Position numbers and translations under genes: made by a program. The notes beneath the pieces are model-generated. The model searched no databases, was not told the origin of the DNA, and saw only the letters and a list, made by a program, of their open reading frames with translations. DNA of 64,000 nucleotides from a virus. Its lineage: Duplodnaviria > Caudoviricetes. Numbering within the stretch: position 1 is the stretch's first letter; each line of letters opens with the position of its first letter. Below, piece after piece: positions 50,582 to 59,649 of the stretch. The DNA is taken from IMG/VR virus record IMGVR_UViG_3300003086_000115; one strand, 5' to 3'.

Positions 50582-51600
50582 AAAACTTTATTGATTTTCA
50601 AGGTGGTGCACATGGTAACTACCTTATGTTTATTTGTAATAAGTTTCTATCAAATGTTCCTTCAAACGTTATGGATTTTCTACCGTTCGATGAACATGGA
50701 TCGTCACACGCTGGTCGTAAGAGGTTAGATTACGAACAATACAAAGAGTTTAAATGGGTTCATTCGATTACTTTACCTTTTGCAGAATTTACCAATATGG
50801 TAGACGGTAATATTATTCACGTACACATAGATACAGATGATTTACTATTGTTAAACCAAGTTAGTCTAGTGCGAGCTGGTAATCATAACATCACAGATTT
50901 AGAAACTAATACATATAACAAACTTAATATACCTGATTATAAATGGGTGCTTGATAATATCATAGAATCCTTTTTCTTTAATCAAGTAAAGGAGAGTTAT
51001 GATGCAGTTAGTGATCCTTTATGGCTAGAAGTTAATACATTAGAAGAATATAATAGTTTACCAGAGCATATTTTAGAAGAGTGTAAGTCTGTACACGATT
51101 TAAAAGTTTTTGATCTATCTGAAGAGTCGCCGGATTGTCCTAAACACATTCTTAGAGAGTTTTTTAAAATAGGGTTTAAGTACCCAGCATCGCACGGGTT
51201 TATGCAAATACAGGACCAAACAACAGAACTAGAGGTCTATAAGAATAATCGTGTTTTTTATTTTGCATACAATGCGTTCTATGATTTAGACTTGTTCACA
51301 ACTGAGATAACAAGATTAGCTGAGTTCTTAGATTTTCCGTTTTCTGTATCTAGTGAGTTTAATGAAATTCACCAAATGTTTTTAGAAAAACAACCATTTA
51401 TAGACTCTAAGAAAAGATGCGATGCAATAGTAGATAGCATATTGCATCAGAACGAAACGTTGGACTTAAATGTTACATTGCTAGAAGAAAGTTATATTAA
51501 TGCACAATTAGAATTGCTAACTAACAAAGAGATGCCAACTAATCAAGATCAATATTTTAATACAATACAGGACATACAAGAGTATCTTAAAAATGCATAA
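50572..51600 (+). CDS. Accessory enzyme, paralogue of 41042
   Basis: IDFQGGAHGNY; YDAVSDPLWLEV...LPEHILEEC. Confidence 0.4.
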   Translation: MEVKNFIDFQGGAHGNYLMFICNKFLSNVPSNVMDFLPFDEHGSSHAGRKRLDYEQYKEFKWVHSITLPFAEFTNMVDGNIIHVHIDTDDLLLLNQVSLVRAGNHNITDLETNTYNKLNIPDYKWVLDNIIESFFFNQVKESYDAVSDPLWLEVNTLEEYNSLPEHILEECKSVHDLKVFDLSEESPDCPKHILREFFKIGFKYPASHGFMQIQDQTTELEVYKNNRVFYFAYNAFYDLDLFTTEITRLAEFLDFPFSVSSEFNEIHQMFLEKQPFIDSKKRCDAIVDSILHQNETLDLNVTLLEESYINAQLELLTNKEMPTNQDQYFNTIQDIQEYLKNA

Positions 51601-51608
51601 TTAGTATT

Positions 51609-51956
51609 ATGGTAAATTGCATAATTATTATTATGCATTTAGAAAGATACTACGGACATTTAGCGGACGTAAGCGGAGAATATCATAAGGTCGAACTAAC
51701 GCCTTTTGGTTTAGAGGTAATAGTGTGTTACTCCGGTTGTTGCCGAATCTTAATGAACCACGCAAGAGATAGGTTAGAAAAGCCCGGAATGAAATGGGCA
51801 ACAGATAACTGTCTTGACCAAACGGTGTATATTAAAATGAAAGAGTATATCGGAGAACATGGGCATAATCTGTTGCATTACAGGATCATAACTTACATGA
51901 AACCACGGGACGTTACATTCTGGAAGTTAACGTATCCTAATAGCCTTGCATTTTAA
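51609..51956 (+). CDS. Hypothetical protein
   Basis: ORF ending TFWKLTY; no recognised family. Confidence 0.5.
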   Translation: MVNCIIIIMHLERYYGHLADVSGEYHKVELTPFGLEVIVCYSGCCRILMNHARDRLEKPGMKWATDNCLDQTVYIKMKEYIGEHGHNLLHYRIITYMKPRDVTFWKLTYPNSLAF

Positions 51957-52025
51957 AATCACCAAAGACAGATTAAAGACATAGTTATTGGTTAGCTTTA
52001 GGTTATCTTCATATATAATACACTT

Positions 52026-52526
52026 ATGAAAATACACACACTTGAAGACACAGCATACGAATTAGATGAATTACCTGAGAAGATAGATGATTTAAGATTT
52101 TCTATTTTTGACAACAGCAATCCTAAGGACCCAGACTATTTTTATATTCCTTTAATCTTTTTAGAAAGCTTTACTGCACCTGCGCTTGTTTTAAGAATCG
52201 GCGATAAAGTTCTTAAAATGCCTATGGACTGGCATCTATTAATAGGCGAATACGAAACAGGCGATTTAGAAGCATTGCAATTAACAAGTATAAATGATAG
52301 AGATTTCAAAGCGTTTGAATTTAACAGTCTAAGTGGTTACAGTGCTGACTTTTTACCTGTAGAAGTATTAGATGTATATAACGAAGTACAATGGTATAAT
52401 CCTAAGTTAAAAAACGGGCAGTATTTAGCCGTGCCGATAGATGAAGGTTCTAAACCTAGAGTAGTGTATTTTATTAAAGATGTGTCTAGAAATTGTCAAA
52501 TAGTAGATTACTCACAGGCCTGGTAA
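52026..52526 (+). CDS. Hypothetical replication-cluster protein
   Basis: Leaderless after TATAAT; first gene of the operon with the gp62-like gene. Confidence 0.55.
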   Translation: MKIHTLEDTAYELDELPEKIDDLRFSIFDNSNPKDPDYFYIPLIFLESFTAPALVLRIGDKVLKMPMDWHLLIGEYETGDLEALQLTSINDRDFKAFEFNSLSGYSADFLPVEVLDVYNEVQWYNPKLKNGQYLAVPIDEGSKPRVVYFIKDVSRNCQIVDYSQAW

Positions 52527-52973
52527 ATGGCACAAAAGTTAGATATATTTAAAGTATTACGAGCAGTTGATAAGAAGGATTATGCATTCTACGACACGTT
52601 AACAGACGAAGAGAAGAAAGGTTTTACGGCATTTTTAGGGTTAAAGTGGGGTGCAAGCGTAGAAGGTAACCAAACGATACAGCACTACTACCTAGCAAGT
52701 ATGAACCATCATGCAAACAAACACTTGTTCAACATTAGTAAACACCCTAAGTTACAGTGGCTAACATTAGCGGCAGGCAGTCCTAATTTTGGACAGCAAC
52801 GACATAATTGGATAAAAGGTAAAAAGAAAATATCTACTAAAAAACAAGACGATATTAAGAAAGAATTGATAATGTTATATCCATCCTACAAAGAAGATGA
52901 GATAGAATTGCTAAGTACAATGGTTACAAAAAAAGAGATAAAGCAGTATGCTAAAGACAGCGGTCAAGTCTAA
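52527..52973 (+). CDS. Clamp-loader small subunit-like (gp62-like)
   Basis: E.K.F..F...KW.....MN..........KLQW.L pattern. Confidence 0.5.
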   Translation: MAQKLDIFKVLRAVDKKDYAFYDTLTDEEKKGFTAFLGLKWGASVEGNQTIQHYYLASMNHHANKHLFNISKHPKLQWLTLAAGSPNFGQQRHNWIKGKKKISTKKQDDIKKELIMLYPSYKEDEIELLSTMVTKKEIKQYAKDSGQV

Positions 52974-53643
52974 GCTTGAATGTAGGTTTTGCGGCAAAGT
53001 TTACAAGCGCGAGAAAGCATTTGTAGTACATGTTTGCGAGAAGAGAAAGAGATGGGAAGAACGAAAGGAAAAAGGCGTAAGACTAGGATACAATACATTC
53101 TTAAAGTTTTACAAATATACGCACGTCGCAGGAAAAGAAAAAAGCCATGAAGAGTTTATACATAGTCCATACTATAAAGCGTTTGTTAAGTTTGGTAGGT
53201 ACTGTGTAGACATTAATGCTATAGGTGTTAATAGGTTTGCTGATTATGTTATACAGAGTGGCAGAAAGCTAGACTATTGGTGTAGTGATGTAGTATACAC
53301 AGAGCATTTAGAGAAGCTACTAAGAGTAGAGAATCCAACAGATGCATTAGCAAGAGCCATACAGCATGGCATTAAATGGGGAGAAGTGAATAATGCAAAT
53401 GAATATGACATGTTACGATATGGTAAGACTAATGAAGTCTGCTATTCAATAGATAATGGGCATATTAGTCCTTGGGTTGTATATAGTTGCGATAGTGGTG
53501 TTGCTTATTTAAGTAGCTTAACTACAGAGCAAACACGTATAATATGGGATAAGATCAATCCAGACATTTGGCAACCTAAATTTGCAAAGTACAGAGAAGA
53601 AAAGGAATTTCTAGAAAAAATGCTAAAAGAGGCAGGCTGGTAA
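52948..53643 (+). CDS. Zinc-finger protein
   Basis: CRFCGKVYKREKAFVVHVC. Confidence 0.6.
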   Translation: MLKTAVKSKLECRFCGKVYKREKAFVVHVCEKRKRWEERKEKGVRLGYNTFLKFYKYTHVAGKEKSHEEFIHSPYYKAFVKFGRYCVDINAIGVNRFADYVIQSGRKLDYWCSDVVYTEHLEKLLRVENPTDALARAIQHGIKWGEVNNANEYDMLRYGKTNEVCYSIDNGHISPWVVYSCDSGVAYLSSLTTEQTRIIWDKINPDIWQPKFAKYREEKEFLEKMLKEAGW

Positions 53644-54699
53644 GTGCTAAAAATTAATAGTAAAGGAAGTTCGGTACATGGATACCTAGAGCAGTATAAC
53701 GTTTGGGTAGATTGGTATAATTTTTATGTAGAAAAGCATTCTCCTGTTGTTAGTTTGAGTCATAATGGGATTCCAGTTCTTCAATACTTTGATATAGAAA
53801 ATATTAATAGTGCAACAAGTTCGATTGTATTCATTGATTGCTGTACTGAAGGACTTCATTCGATAGAATACTTTAACCAGTATAGGAAAGATCATTATTA
53901 TGTTATATTCAGTAATGGCTGGTGGGATCAGAATAAAATAAAATTAGGTATAGAGTATGATCTAGTTTGGTATCCTTTTTTCTTATATGATATGAATAAT
54001 GTGTATTATAATCCGTATAAATTTGCATTTTATTTAGACAAAGCTTATTCTGATGACTATCCAAAGCCCTTTATATTTGTTTCTACAACCGGAAATACTA
54101 GACCAGAACGAGATTTATTGATTGATAGTATTAAAGCGAATATAGAGTATGATAATTTTATATTAAGATATAGCGGTGTTGATTTTAAAGCTGATTCTAA
54201 AGAATATGATATAATTGAGTTTGAAGTTGGTGAATTTGATCCTTATACAGCTGTCTTAAAAAAGCATTACCATACGGTTAGTCAATCTGTGCCTATTGAT
54301 ATGTATAACCGAGCGTATTTTAATTTAGTTGTAGAAACAGATCTAGATCTTCAAGATTGTTTTTTCTTGACAGAAAAAACAATCAAGGCAATCTATACAG
54401 GGATACCATTTATAATAGTAAGTACACCATATTTTTTAAAACATTTAAGAGAGCTAGGATTTTGCACATATAATGATTTATGGGACGAATCGTACGACAC
54501 TGAATTAGATTTTAATAAAAGAGTTGATAAAATTGTGAAATTATGCAATGAATTGCAGTATTTTGATTGGAAAGGCAATAAAGATAAGTTAGCATTAGTG
54601 CGTTACAAAAACTTTGAAAATGCGCATCGACTTAATAGGTTAGCAGATACCGGATTCAAAAAGTTCGAAGAAATAATAAAGAGAATAGAGACAAGTTAG
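53644..54699 (+). CDS. Putative glycosyltransferase-like protein (TEKT family, copy 3)
   Basis: FNLVVET...FLTEKTIKAI..G.PFI...LRELGF.TY..LWDESYD. Confidence 0.55.
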   Translation: MLKINSKGSSVHGYLEQYNVWVDWYNFYVEKHSPVVSLSHNGIPVLQYFDIENINSATSSIVFIDCCTEGLHSIEYFNQYRKDHYYVIFSNGWWDQNKIKLGIEYDLVWYPFFLYDMNNVYYNPYKFAFYLDKAYSDDYPKPFIFVSTTGNTRPERDLLIDSIKANIEYDNFILRYSGVDFKADSKEYDIIEFEVGEFDPYTAVLKKHYHTVSQSVPIDMYNRAYFNLVVETDLDLQDCFFLTEKTIKAIYTGIPFIIVSTPYFLKHLRELGFCTYNDLWDESYDTELDFNKRVDKIVKLCNELQYFDWKGNKDKLALVRYKNFENAHRLNRLADTGFKKFEEIIKRIETS

Positions 54700-54810
54700 T
54701 GGAAGAGATACGCTATAAAAATTTTAAATGCTATGCGACTTAATAAAGTAGCGAGTAAGAGCTTTAAAGAGTTTGAAAATGCATTAAGGGGAATAGAGAG
54801 TGCGAATTGA
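54684..54810 (+). pseudogene. Frameshifted remnant of a homologous C-terminus of the preceding gene
   Basis: NRDKLVEEIRYKNF/NAMRLNKVASKSFKEFENALRGIES versus NKDKLALVRYKNFENAHRLNRLADTGFKKFEEIIKRIETS. Confidence 0.75.
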
Positions 54811-55384
54811 TGCTGATATTGATATTGACTTTCCAGATAGAGAAGCAATACTTAAATTAATAAAACATACGCCAGCAAGGCAAGAGTCTAATGTAGAATC
54901 TAAACAGCATAATAGTGGTGTTTACGTCACGGATATACCGTATGATCCTGTGCATAAATGTGCAAATATAGACTATAAAGAAGCAGAAAACCGTAGTTAC
55001 TTTAAGATAGACTTCTTAAATGTATCGGTGTATACTTACATTAGAGATCAAGCGCATTATAATAAGTTGCTAGAAAAAGAACCAAATTGGAGCAAGTTGC
55101 AAAGTAAAGAGTTTTGCGAGCAACTAATACACATTAGCGATCATTACAGCTTGGTACAGAAAATGAAGCCAGATAGTATTACTAGGATGGCTATGTTCTT
55201 AGCTATTATAAGACCAGCTAAACGATATTTAATAGGCAAAGACTGGAAAGATATTGCTAAGGAAGTTTGGATCAAGCCTAACGATGATTCTTATTACTTT
55301 AAACAAGCACACGCTATCTCGTACTCAACATTAGTAGCGTTACACATGAATATTATTGATCAGGATTTCTTACAAGAGTTATAG
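54800..55384 (+). CDS. dnaE: Minimal family-C (Pol III alpha/DnaE-like) polymerase catalytic domain
   Basis: DIDIDF, HNSGV, KIDFL, AIIRP and YYFKQAHAISY match the DnaE motifs DIDxDF, HAAG, KxDFL, ALxRP and YxFNKSHAxAY. Confidence 0.8.
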   Translation: MRIDADIDIDFPDREAILKLIKHTPARQESNVESKQHNSGVYVTDIPYDPVHKCANIDYKEAENRSYFKIDFLNVSVYTYIRDQAHYNKLLEKEPNWSKLQSKEFCEQLIHISDHYSLVQKMKPDSITRMAMFLAIIRPAKRYLIGKDWKDIAKEVWIKPNDDSYYFKQAHAISYSTLVALHMNIIDQDFLQEL

Positions 55385-55733
55385 ATTTTCTTTTAGATCG
55401 TTTATGAGTGATGTTATCTAAGCTAGTGCATGGACCACTTAATAACTCTACAGTTTTGTTAGTAAACGTTAGTCTATAACTCTTAAATTGCGCGAACTCT
55501 TTCTTTAAGAATAAGTTTATAGGTACGCTTCTATTTGCTTCCCACCACCATGTTTCCCCTAATTCTAAGAACAGTTGTTTCTTTTTTTGGTCTTGTATAT
55601 CACCAAAGTTATACATAGTAGTAAAGAGCTTGTCCTGATTCATTACTATTCCTATATATTCAACCCCTGCATAACGAACTATTGACAAAAATGGATATTT
55701 TTCGGATACCTTTTGAAATAGTTCATTTTCCAT
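55353..55733 (-). CDS. Hypothetical protein (probable start 55733)
   Basis: KYPFLS...YIGIV, ETWWWE..R..PIN.FL. Confidence 0.55.
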   Translation of the reverse strand: MENELFQKVSEKYPFLSIVRYAGVEYIGIVMNQDKLFTTMYNFGDIQDQKKKQLFLELGETWWWEANRSVPINLFLKKEFAQFKSYRLTFTNKTVELLSGPCTSLDNITHKRSKRKSITLVRNPDQ

Positions 55734-55745
55734 ATAAATATACAC

Positions 55746-56564
55746 ATGTATTCAACTAAAGTCTATTTATACAACCAACACAAACGGGTCATTATAGTCG
55801 ACCCGGATTTAGAATTAAACAGCATCTATCGAGCGAGGTATTCAGAAGTGTATTCTTATAACTTAAAAGCACATAAAGGAGTAGATACTACTTTACTATT
55901 CCAATTTCTTAACCAAGATCAAAAACCTATTAATTTAGGTAGCACAGTATTTACTTTTAGGATATTATCCAGAGAAGGAGACGAGCTATTGTTAAGTAAA
56001 GATCTAACAATAACAAACGTAGAGAAGGGCAAAGCGAAAATAGTACTATCGGGAAGTGACTTAGATAACATTGAGAGTCAACGAGCACACTATAGTATAG
56101 AGCGTAGCTTTAATTCGTTATTTGATCCTACGTTTATGGACGATGATGCTAATGCTAGAGGCAATTTAGAGATATTAGATAGCGTGTATCCTAAATTTGT
56201 TGATAGTGTTAATGTAACAGTACCGGATTTATTCAATTTTAGTAGACCACCAAGGTCTGATCCAATAGTTACTAGCCAAGTAGAAACCAAAGATCAGTTA
56301 TTGCATACGTTCCAAGTAGATATAACTGACTTCGTAGGAGCATTACAACTACAAGGCTCAGTAGTAGGCGGTTCTAACCCGTTAGAATGGTATGATATTG
56401 TACCTGATGTAGGAAGTTCTGCAACAATTTTCAGCACGACAACGACTAGCAATAACTATTATAATATAACAGGAACACATCCTTTTTTAAGAATAAAAAT
56501 AGAAGGAACACCAACAAGTATATCACCAATCGAGGGCACAATTGATAAAATACTATACAGATAA
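55746..56564 (+). CDS. Putative baseplate/structural protein (BppU-like N-terminus)
   Basis: F.F.NQDQKPINL...GKAKIVL; TATAAATA promoter. Confidence 0.45.
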   Translation: MYSTKVYLYNQHKRVIIVDPDLELNSIYRARYSEVYSYNLKAHKGVDTTLLFQFLNQDQKPINLGSTVFTFRILSREGDELLLSKDLTITNVEKGKAKIVLSGSDLDNIESQRAHYSIERSFNSLFDPTFMDDDANARGNLEILDSVYPKFVDSVNVTVPDLFNFSRPPRSDPIVTSQVETKDQLLHTFQVDITDFVGALQLQGSVVGGSNPLEWYDIVPDVGSSATIFSTTTTSNNYYNITGTHPFLRIKIEGTPTSISPIEGTIDKILYR

Positions 56565-56570
56565 ACTTTA

Positions 56571-57281
56571 ATGTCAGCAAACAATAAATTTAGTGGCGCT
56601 AGCGTCATAGCTAAACAACATTTAAAACTAATTGATGTTAAAGCAATAACAGAAGCACAACAATCATTCTTTGATAATTACGATAGCGGGAAATCGCAGT
56701 TGTTATTAGGCTTTCCGGGAACAGGTAAAACATTCTTAAGTTTATACAAAGCATTCCATGAGATAATCAACGGTAAGACAGAAGTATCAAGGATTATTAT
56801 TGTTAGAAGTGCAGTTCCAACACGCGACATAGGCTTCTTACCAGGCGATTTAAACGAAAAGTCACAGATATATGAACTTCCATACAAACGAATATGCTCT
56901 GAGCTGTTCGGACGCGACGATGCATACGAGATATTAGTAGCAAAAGGTGTAATACAGTTTATGATTACATCTTATGTACGCGGTATTACGTTAACTAATT
57001 GTATTGTAATAATGGATGAATTTCAAAACTGTACAGCACACGAAGCAGACTCGGTATTAACTAGACTAGGCAGAGATTCCAGAGCAATGTTCTGTGGTGA
57101 TTTTATGCAAACTGACTTTACTAAATTAAAAGACATGGATATCGGTAAGTTTGTTGAAGTGTTAGAATCGATGGTCAACTGGTTTAGTATAAATGAATTT
57201 GGTGTAGAAGATATTGTACGATCCGGGCTAGTTAAAGCATACATCCAAGCTAAGTATTTAAAGCATCAAGACGGTTATTAG
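56571..57281 (+). CDS. phoH: PhoH-family ATPase
   Basis: G.PGTGKTFL, RSAV, GFLPG...EK, RG.TL, DEFQN, TRLG, GD..Q.D, DIVRSGLV. Confidence 0.95.
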   Translation: MSANNKFSGASVIAKQHLKLIDVKAITEAQQSFFDNYDSGKSQLLLGFPGTGKTFLSLYKAFHEIINGKTEVSRIIIVRSAVPTRDIGFLPGDLNEKSQIYELPYKRICSELFGRDDAYEILVAKGVIQFMITSYVRGITLTNCIVIMDEFQNCTAHEADSVLTRLGRDSRAMFCGDFMQTDFTKLKDMDIGKFVEVLESMVNWFSINEFGVEDIVRSGLVKAYIQAKYLKHQDGY

Positions 57282-57556
57282 TGAAGAATGATACAAGTTT
57301 AAAATTTGATGAGGTTACTGAAGAGAATACGCAAGCATTTAAAGACAAATTTGCTACTGATGTCGAACATACTAGTGAATGTATAACTGAAACAGTAGAA
57401 GCTATGGGAGAGTTAATAGCAAAAGTATGTAAAAGTCAACAATCAGATTTACAGAGCGTATTAGCTTCGATAACTATAGAAACATTTGATGAACATCTTA
57501 GAGAAATATTAGCAGGGAAGAAATGCAATTGCAGGAAAACGAAACACCTGAATTAA
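57281..57556 (+). CDS. Hypothetical protein
   Basis: TAGTG-coupled ORF. Confidence 0.5.
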   Translation: MKNDTSLKFDEVTEENTQAFKDKFATDVEHTSECITETVEAMGELIAKVCKSQQSDLQSVLASITIETFDEHLREILAGKKCNCRKTKHLN

Positions 57557-58251
57557 AGAATTTAGTATCGTTTGGTTGCAGTTGGGCGTTCGGTGATGAA
57601 CTATTAGATCCAGACTTAGAAAAGAAAAATATTCCTAGTCATTACACACAGAATGACGAATATCGATTAAGTCGTTGCTACACAGGAATACTTGCTAAAC
57701 AGTATAACCTAACTCAAGAAAATCTAGCATTCCCTGGCTCAAGTTTACAGTCGATGCAGTGGAATCTTATGTGGTGGTTAGATAATCATAATGAAGAATA
57801 CATTAAAGACTCTATTTTGCTAGTAGGACTAACAGATGAAAGTAGGATTAGCTGGTATGACCCTAACCATGACGTTGGCAGAGATGACCCTGATTGGAAT
57901 AGATACTTGCATGCACAATGGTTAGATTGTGCAGGACCTAACGTACCCGATGGATGGCATAAGCTACACAAGTACCATACAGCAATGTCTGCTTGTAACG
58001 AATTAGATAAATTACGCTATAAAACAACAGTTAGAATGTTTGATGGCGTATCAGCAAGTTACAATATACCTGTAGTGCAGTTTAATTTACTAGCTAGAAC
58101 ATTTATAAAATGTAATACCTTGCATAACTTGCAGATTCGTGATGTACTTAATGAAGAGAACCAGTATTTTCCAGTTTTTAAACCAGGCGGACACCCAAAT
58201 GAACTCGGACATGTAATAATTGCAGAAACACTTGATGAGTATTTAGAATGA
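57523..58251 (+). CDS. SGNH-hydrolase-fold protein
   Basis: FGCSWAFG, NLA.PG.S and GGHPNE.GH motifs. Confidence 0.7.
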   Translation: MQLQENETPELKNLVSFGCSWAFGDELLDPDLEKKNIPSHYTQNDEYRLSRCYTGILAKQYNLTQENLAFPGSSLQSMQWNLMWWLDNHNEEYIKDSILLVGLTDESRISWYDPNHDVGRDDPDWNRYLHAQWLDCAGPNVPDGWHKLHKYHTAMSACNELDKLRYKTTVRMFDGVSASYNIPVVQFNLLARTFIKCNTLHNLQIRDVLNEENQYFPVFKPGGHPNELGHVIIAETLDEYLE

Positions 58252-58260
58252 AGTATAATA

Positions 58261-58604
58261 GTTGATATGCAGTTAGTTGTTACCGACTAATGTTAGGTGT
58301 TGGTTGTCGCTTACATGCATGATATCAACCCTAAAGTGACGGTCCTTTATTACTTTAGAGTTATTCGGTAATACTGAAACGTATTATGTTAACGGATAGC
58401 GATACGTAGCTTTGCGTATTTCCAAAATTAAAGTAGTGTCTAAGACTTCTAGTCTAATTGACTATGCTTAGAAAAGGTGGCGAGGTATTCCGTAACATAA
58501 CGCCATGCACAAAAGTATTATGTTAGCGCAGGGTTTTTTAGTAATAGTTTTGTTTATACCCTCATAACTTGCTAGTCCGACAGGTGTGCGATTCGGACTT
58601 TTCA
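58261..58604 (+). ncRNA. Candidate ~345-nt structured non-coding RNA
   Basis: Largest intergenic gap in the window; at least nine stems with G-U pairs on +; TTGATG-N16-TATAAT upstream and hairpin+U run at the end. Confidence 0.65.
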
Positions 58605-58641
58605 TTCTAACCTAGCATTATTTTTACTATATAATAATATA

Positions 58642-59610
58642 ATGCTAGATATCGTATCCTACTTACCCCCAAAAAGAAAAAAAACAAGCAGTGGCTGGAT
58701 AAGTTTCAATGCGATTTGCTGTACATACAACGGCGAGTCACGAGATAAACGCGGTCGCGGTGGGGTAATGCTAGATAGCACAACTGATTGGCATTATCAT
58801 TGTTTTAATTGCGGATACAAAGCAGGTTTTACATTAGGTCGTCCTGTGACACTCAAAGCAAGATGCTTGTTAGGTTGGTTGGGTGTAAGTAGTATTGATA
58901 TAGACTGGCTTAATTTAGAAAGTTTAAGACACAAGAGCATTACAGATATATTAGATGACAGAACTGTCCAGCGTAAGAAGATAGAGTTTAAGGAAATAGC
59001 ATTACCTGAAGAGGCACGCGCAATAACACAGCATGATAAAAAGTTTGTTAGTTATTTAAAAGGAAGAGGATTAAAGTACGACGAGTACCCGTTTATGATT
59101 ACTCCTAGAGGCAAAGCACGTTACAAGAATAGGATAATCATACCATACACAAACGATAATAAGATAGTAGGATATACATCGCGTTTCTTAGATGACAGAT
59201 TACCTAAGTACTTAAACGAGCAACAACCTGGTTACGTGTTTGGATTAGATTTGCAGAAAGAGAATTGGCAGTATGCTATAGTTACAGAAGGAATACTTGA
59301 TGCGATAAGTATCAATGGATTAGCAGTCCTGCATAATGAAATTAGCAACGATCAAGCACAGCAGTTAAAACAACTGTACAGAGAGATTATAGTCGTGCCA
59401 GATCAAGATAAAGCGGGACTAAAGCTAGTAGAAAAGGCTATTGAGCACGGGTTTAATGTAAGTATACCAAAGTGGGATGATAAGGTTAAAGATGTAAACG
59501 ATGCTGTACAGAAACATGGTAAAATAGCTACAATGCTGTCTATAGTTAATAATAAACAAAGCGGATTTAAGGCAGAAGTACTAACGAAATTTAACAACAA
59601 GTTTAAGTGA
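58642..59610 (+). CDS. gp61: DNA primase (Zn ribbon + TOPRIM)
   Basis: CC...YHCFNCG, RIIIP, GY..R, KY, VTEG.LDA, PDQD..G, KDVND. Confidence 0.9.
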   Translation: MLDIVSYLPPKRKKTSSGWISFNAICCTYNGESRDKRGRGGVMLDSTTDWHYHCFNCGYKAGFTLGRPVTLKARCLLGWLGVSSIDIDWLNLESLRHKSITDILDDRTVQRKKIEFKEIALPEEARAITQHDKKFVSYLKGRGLKYDEYPFMITPRGKARYKNRIIIPYTNDNKIVGYTSRFLDDRLPKYLNEQQPGYVFGLDLQKENWQYAIVTEGILDAISINGLAVLHNEISNDQAQQLKQLYREIIVVPDQDKAGLKLVEKAIEHGFNVSIPKWDDKVKDVNDAVQKHGKIATMLSIVNNKQSGFKAEVLTKFNNKFK

Positions 59611-59649
59611 ACGAATACGGTAAAAAGTTTAAGTGAAAGAATACGGTAA
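59599..59649 (+). repeat. 26-bp-period tandem duplication at the primase/helicase junction
   Basis: AAGTTTAAGTGAA(C/A)GAATACGGTAA twice. Confidence 0.9.

Noticed and set aside
58252-58641. tmRNA, tRNA, RNase P RNA or a true group I intron
   Set aside because: No tRNA-like ends or T-loop, no GAGGAAAGUCC, no interrupted gene, and no recognisable P4 or J8/7 motifs; kept as an unknown ncRNA
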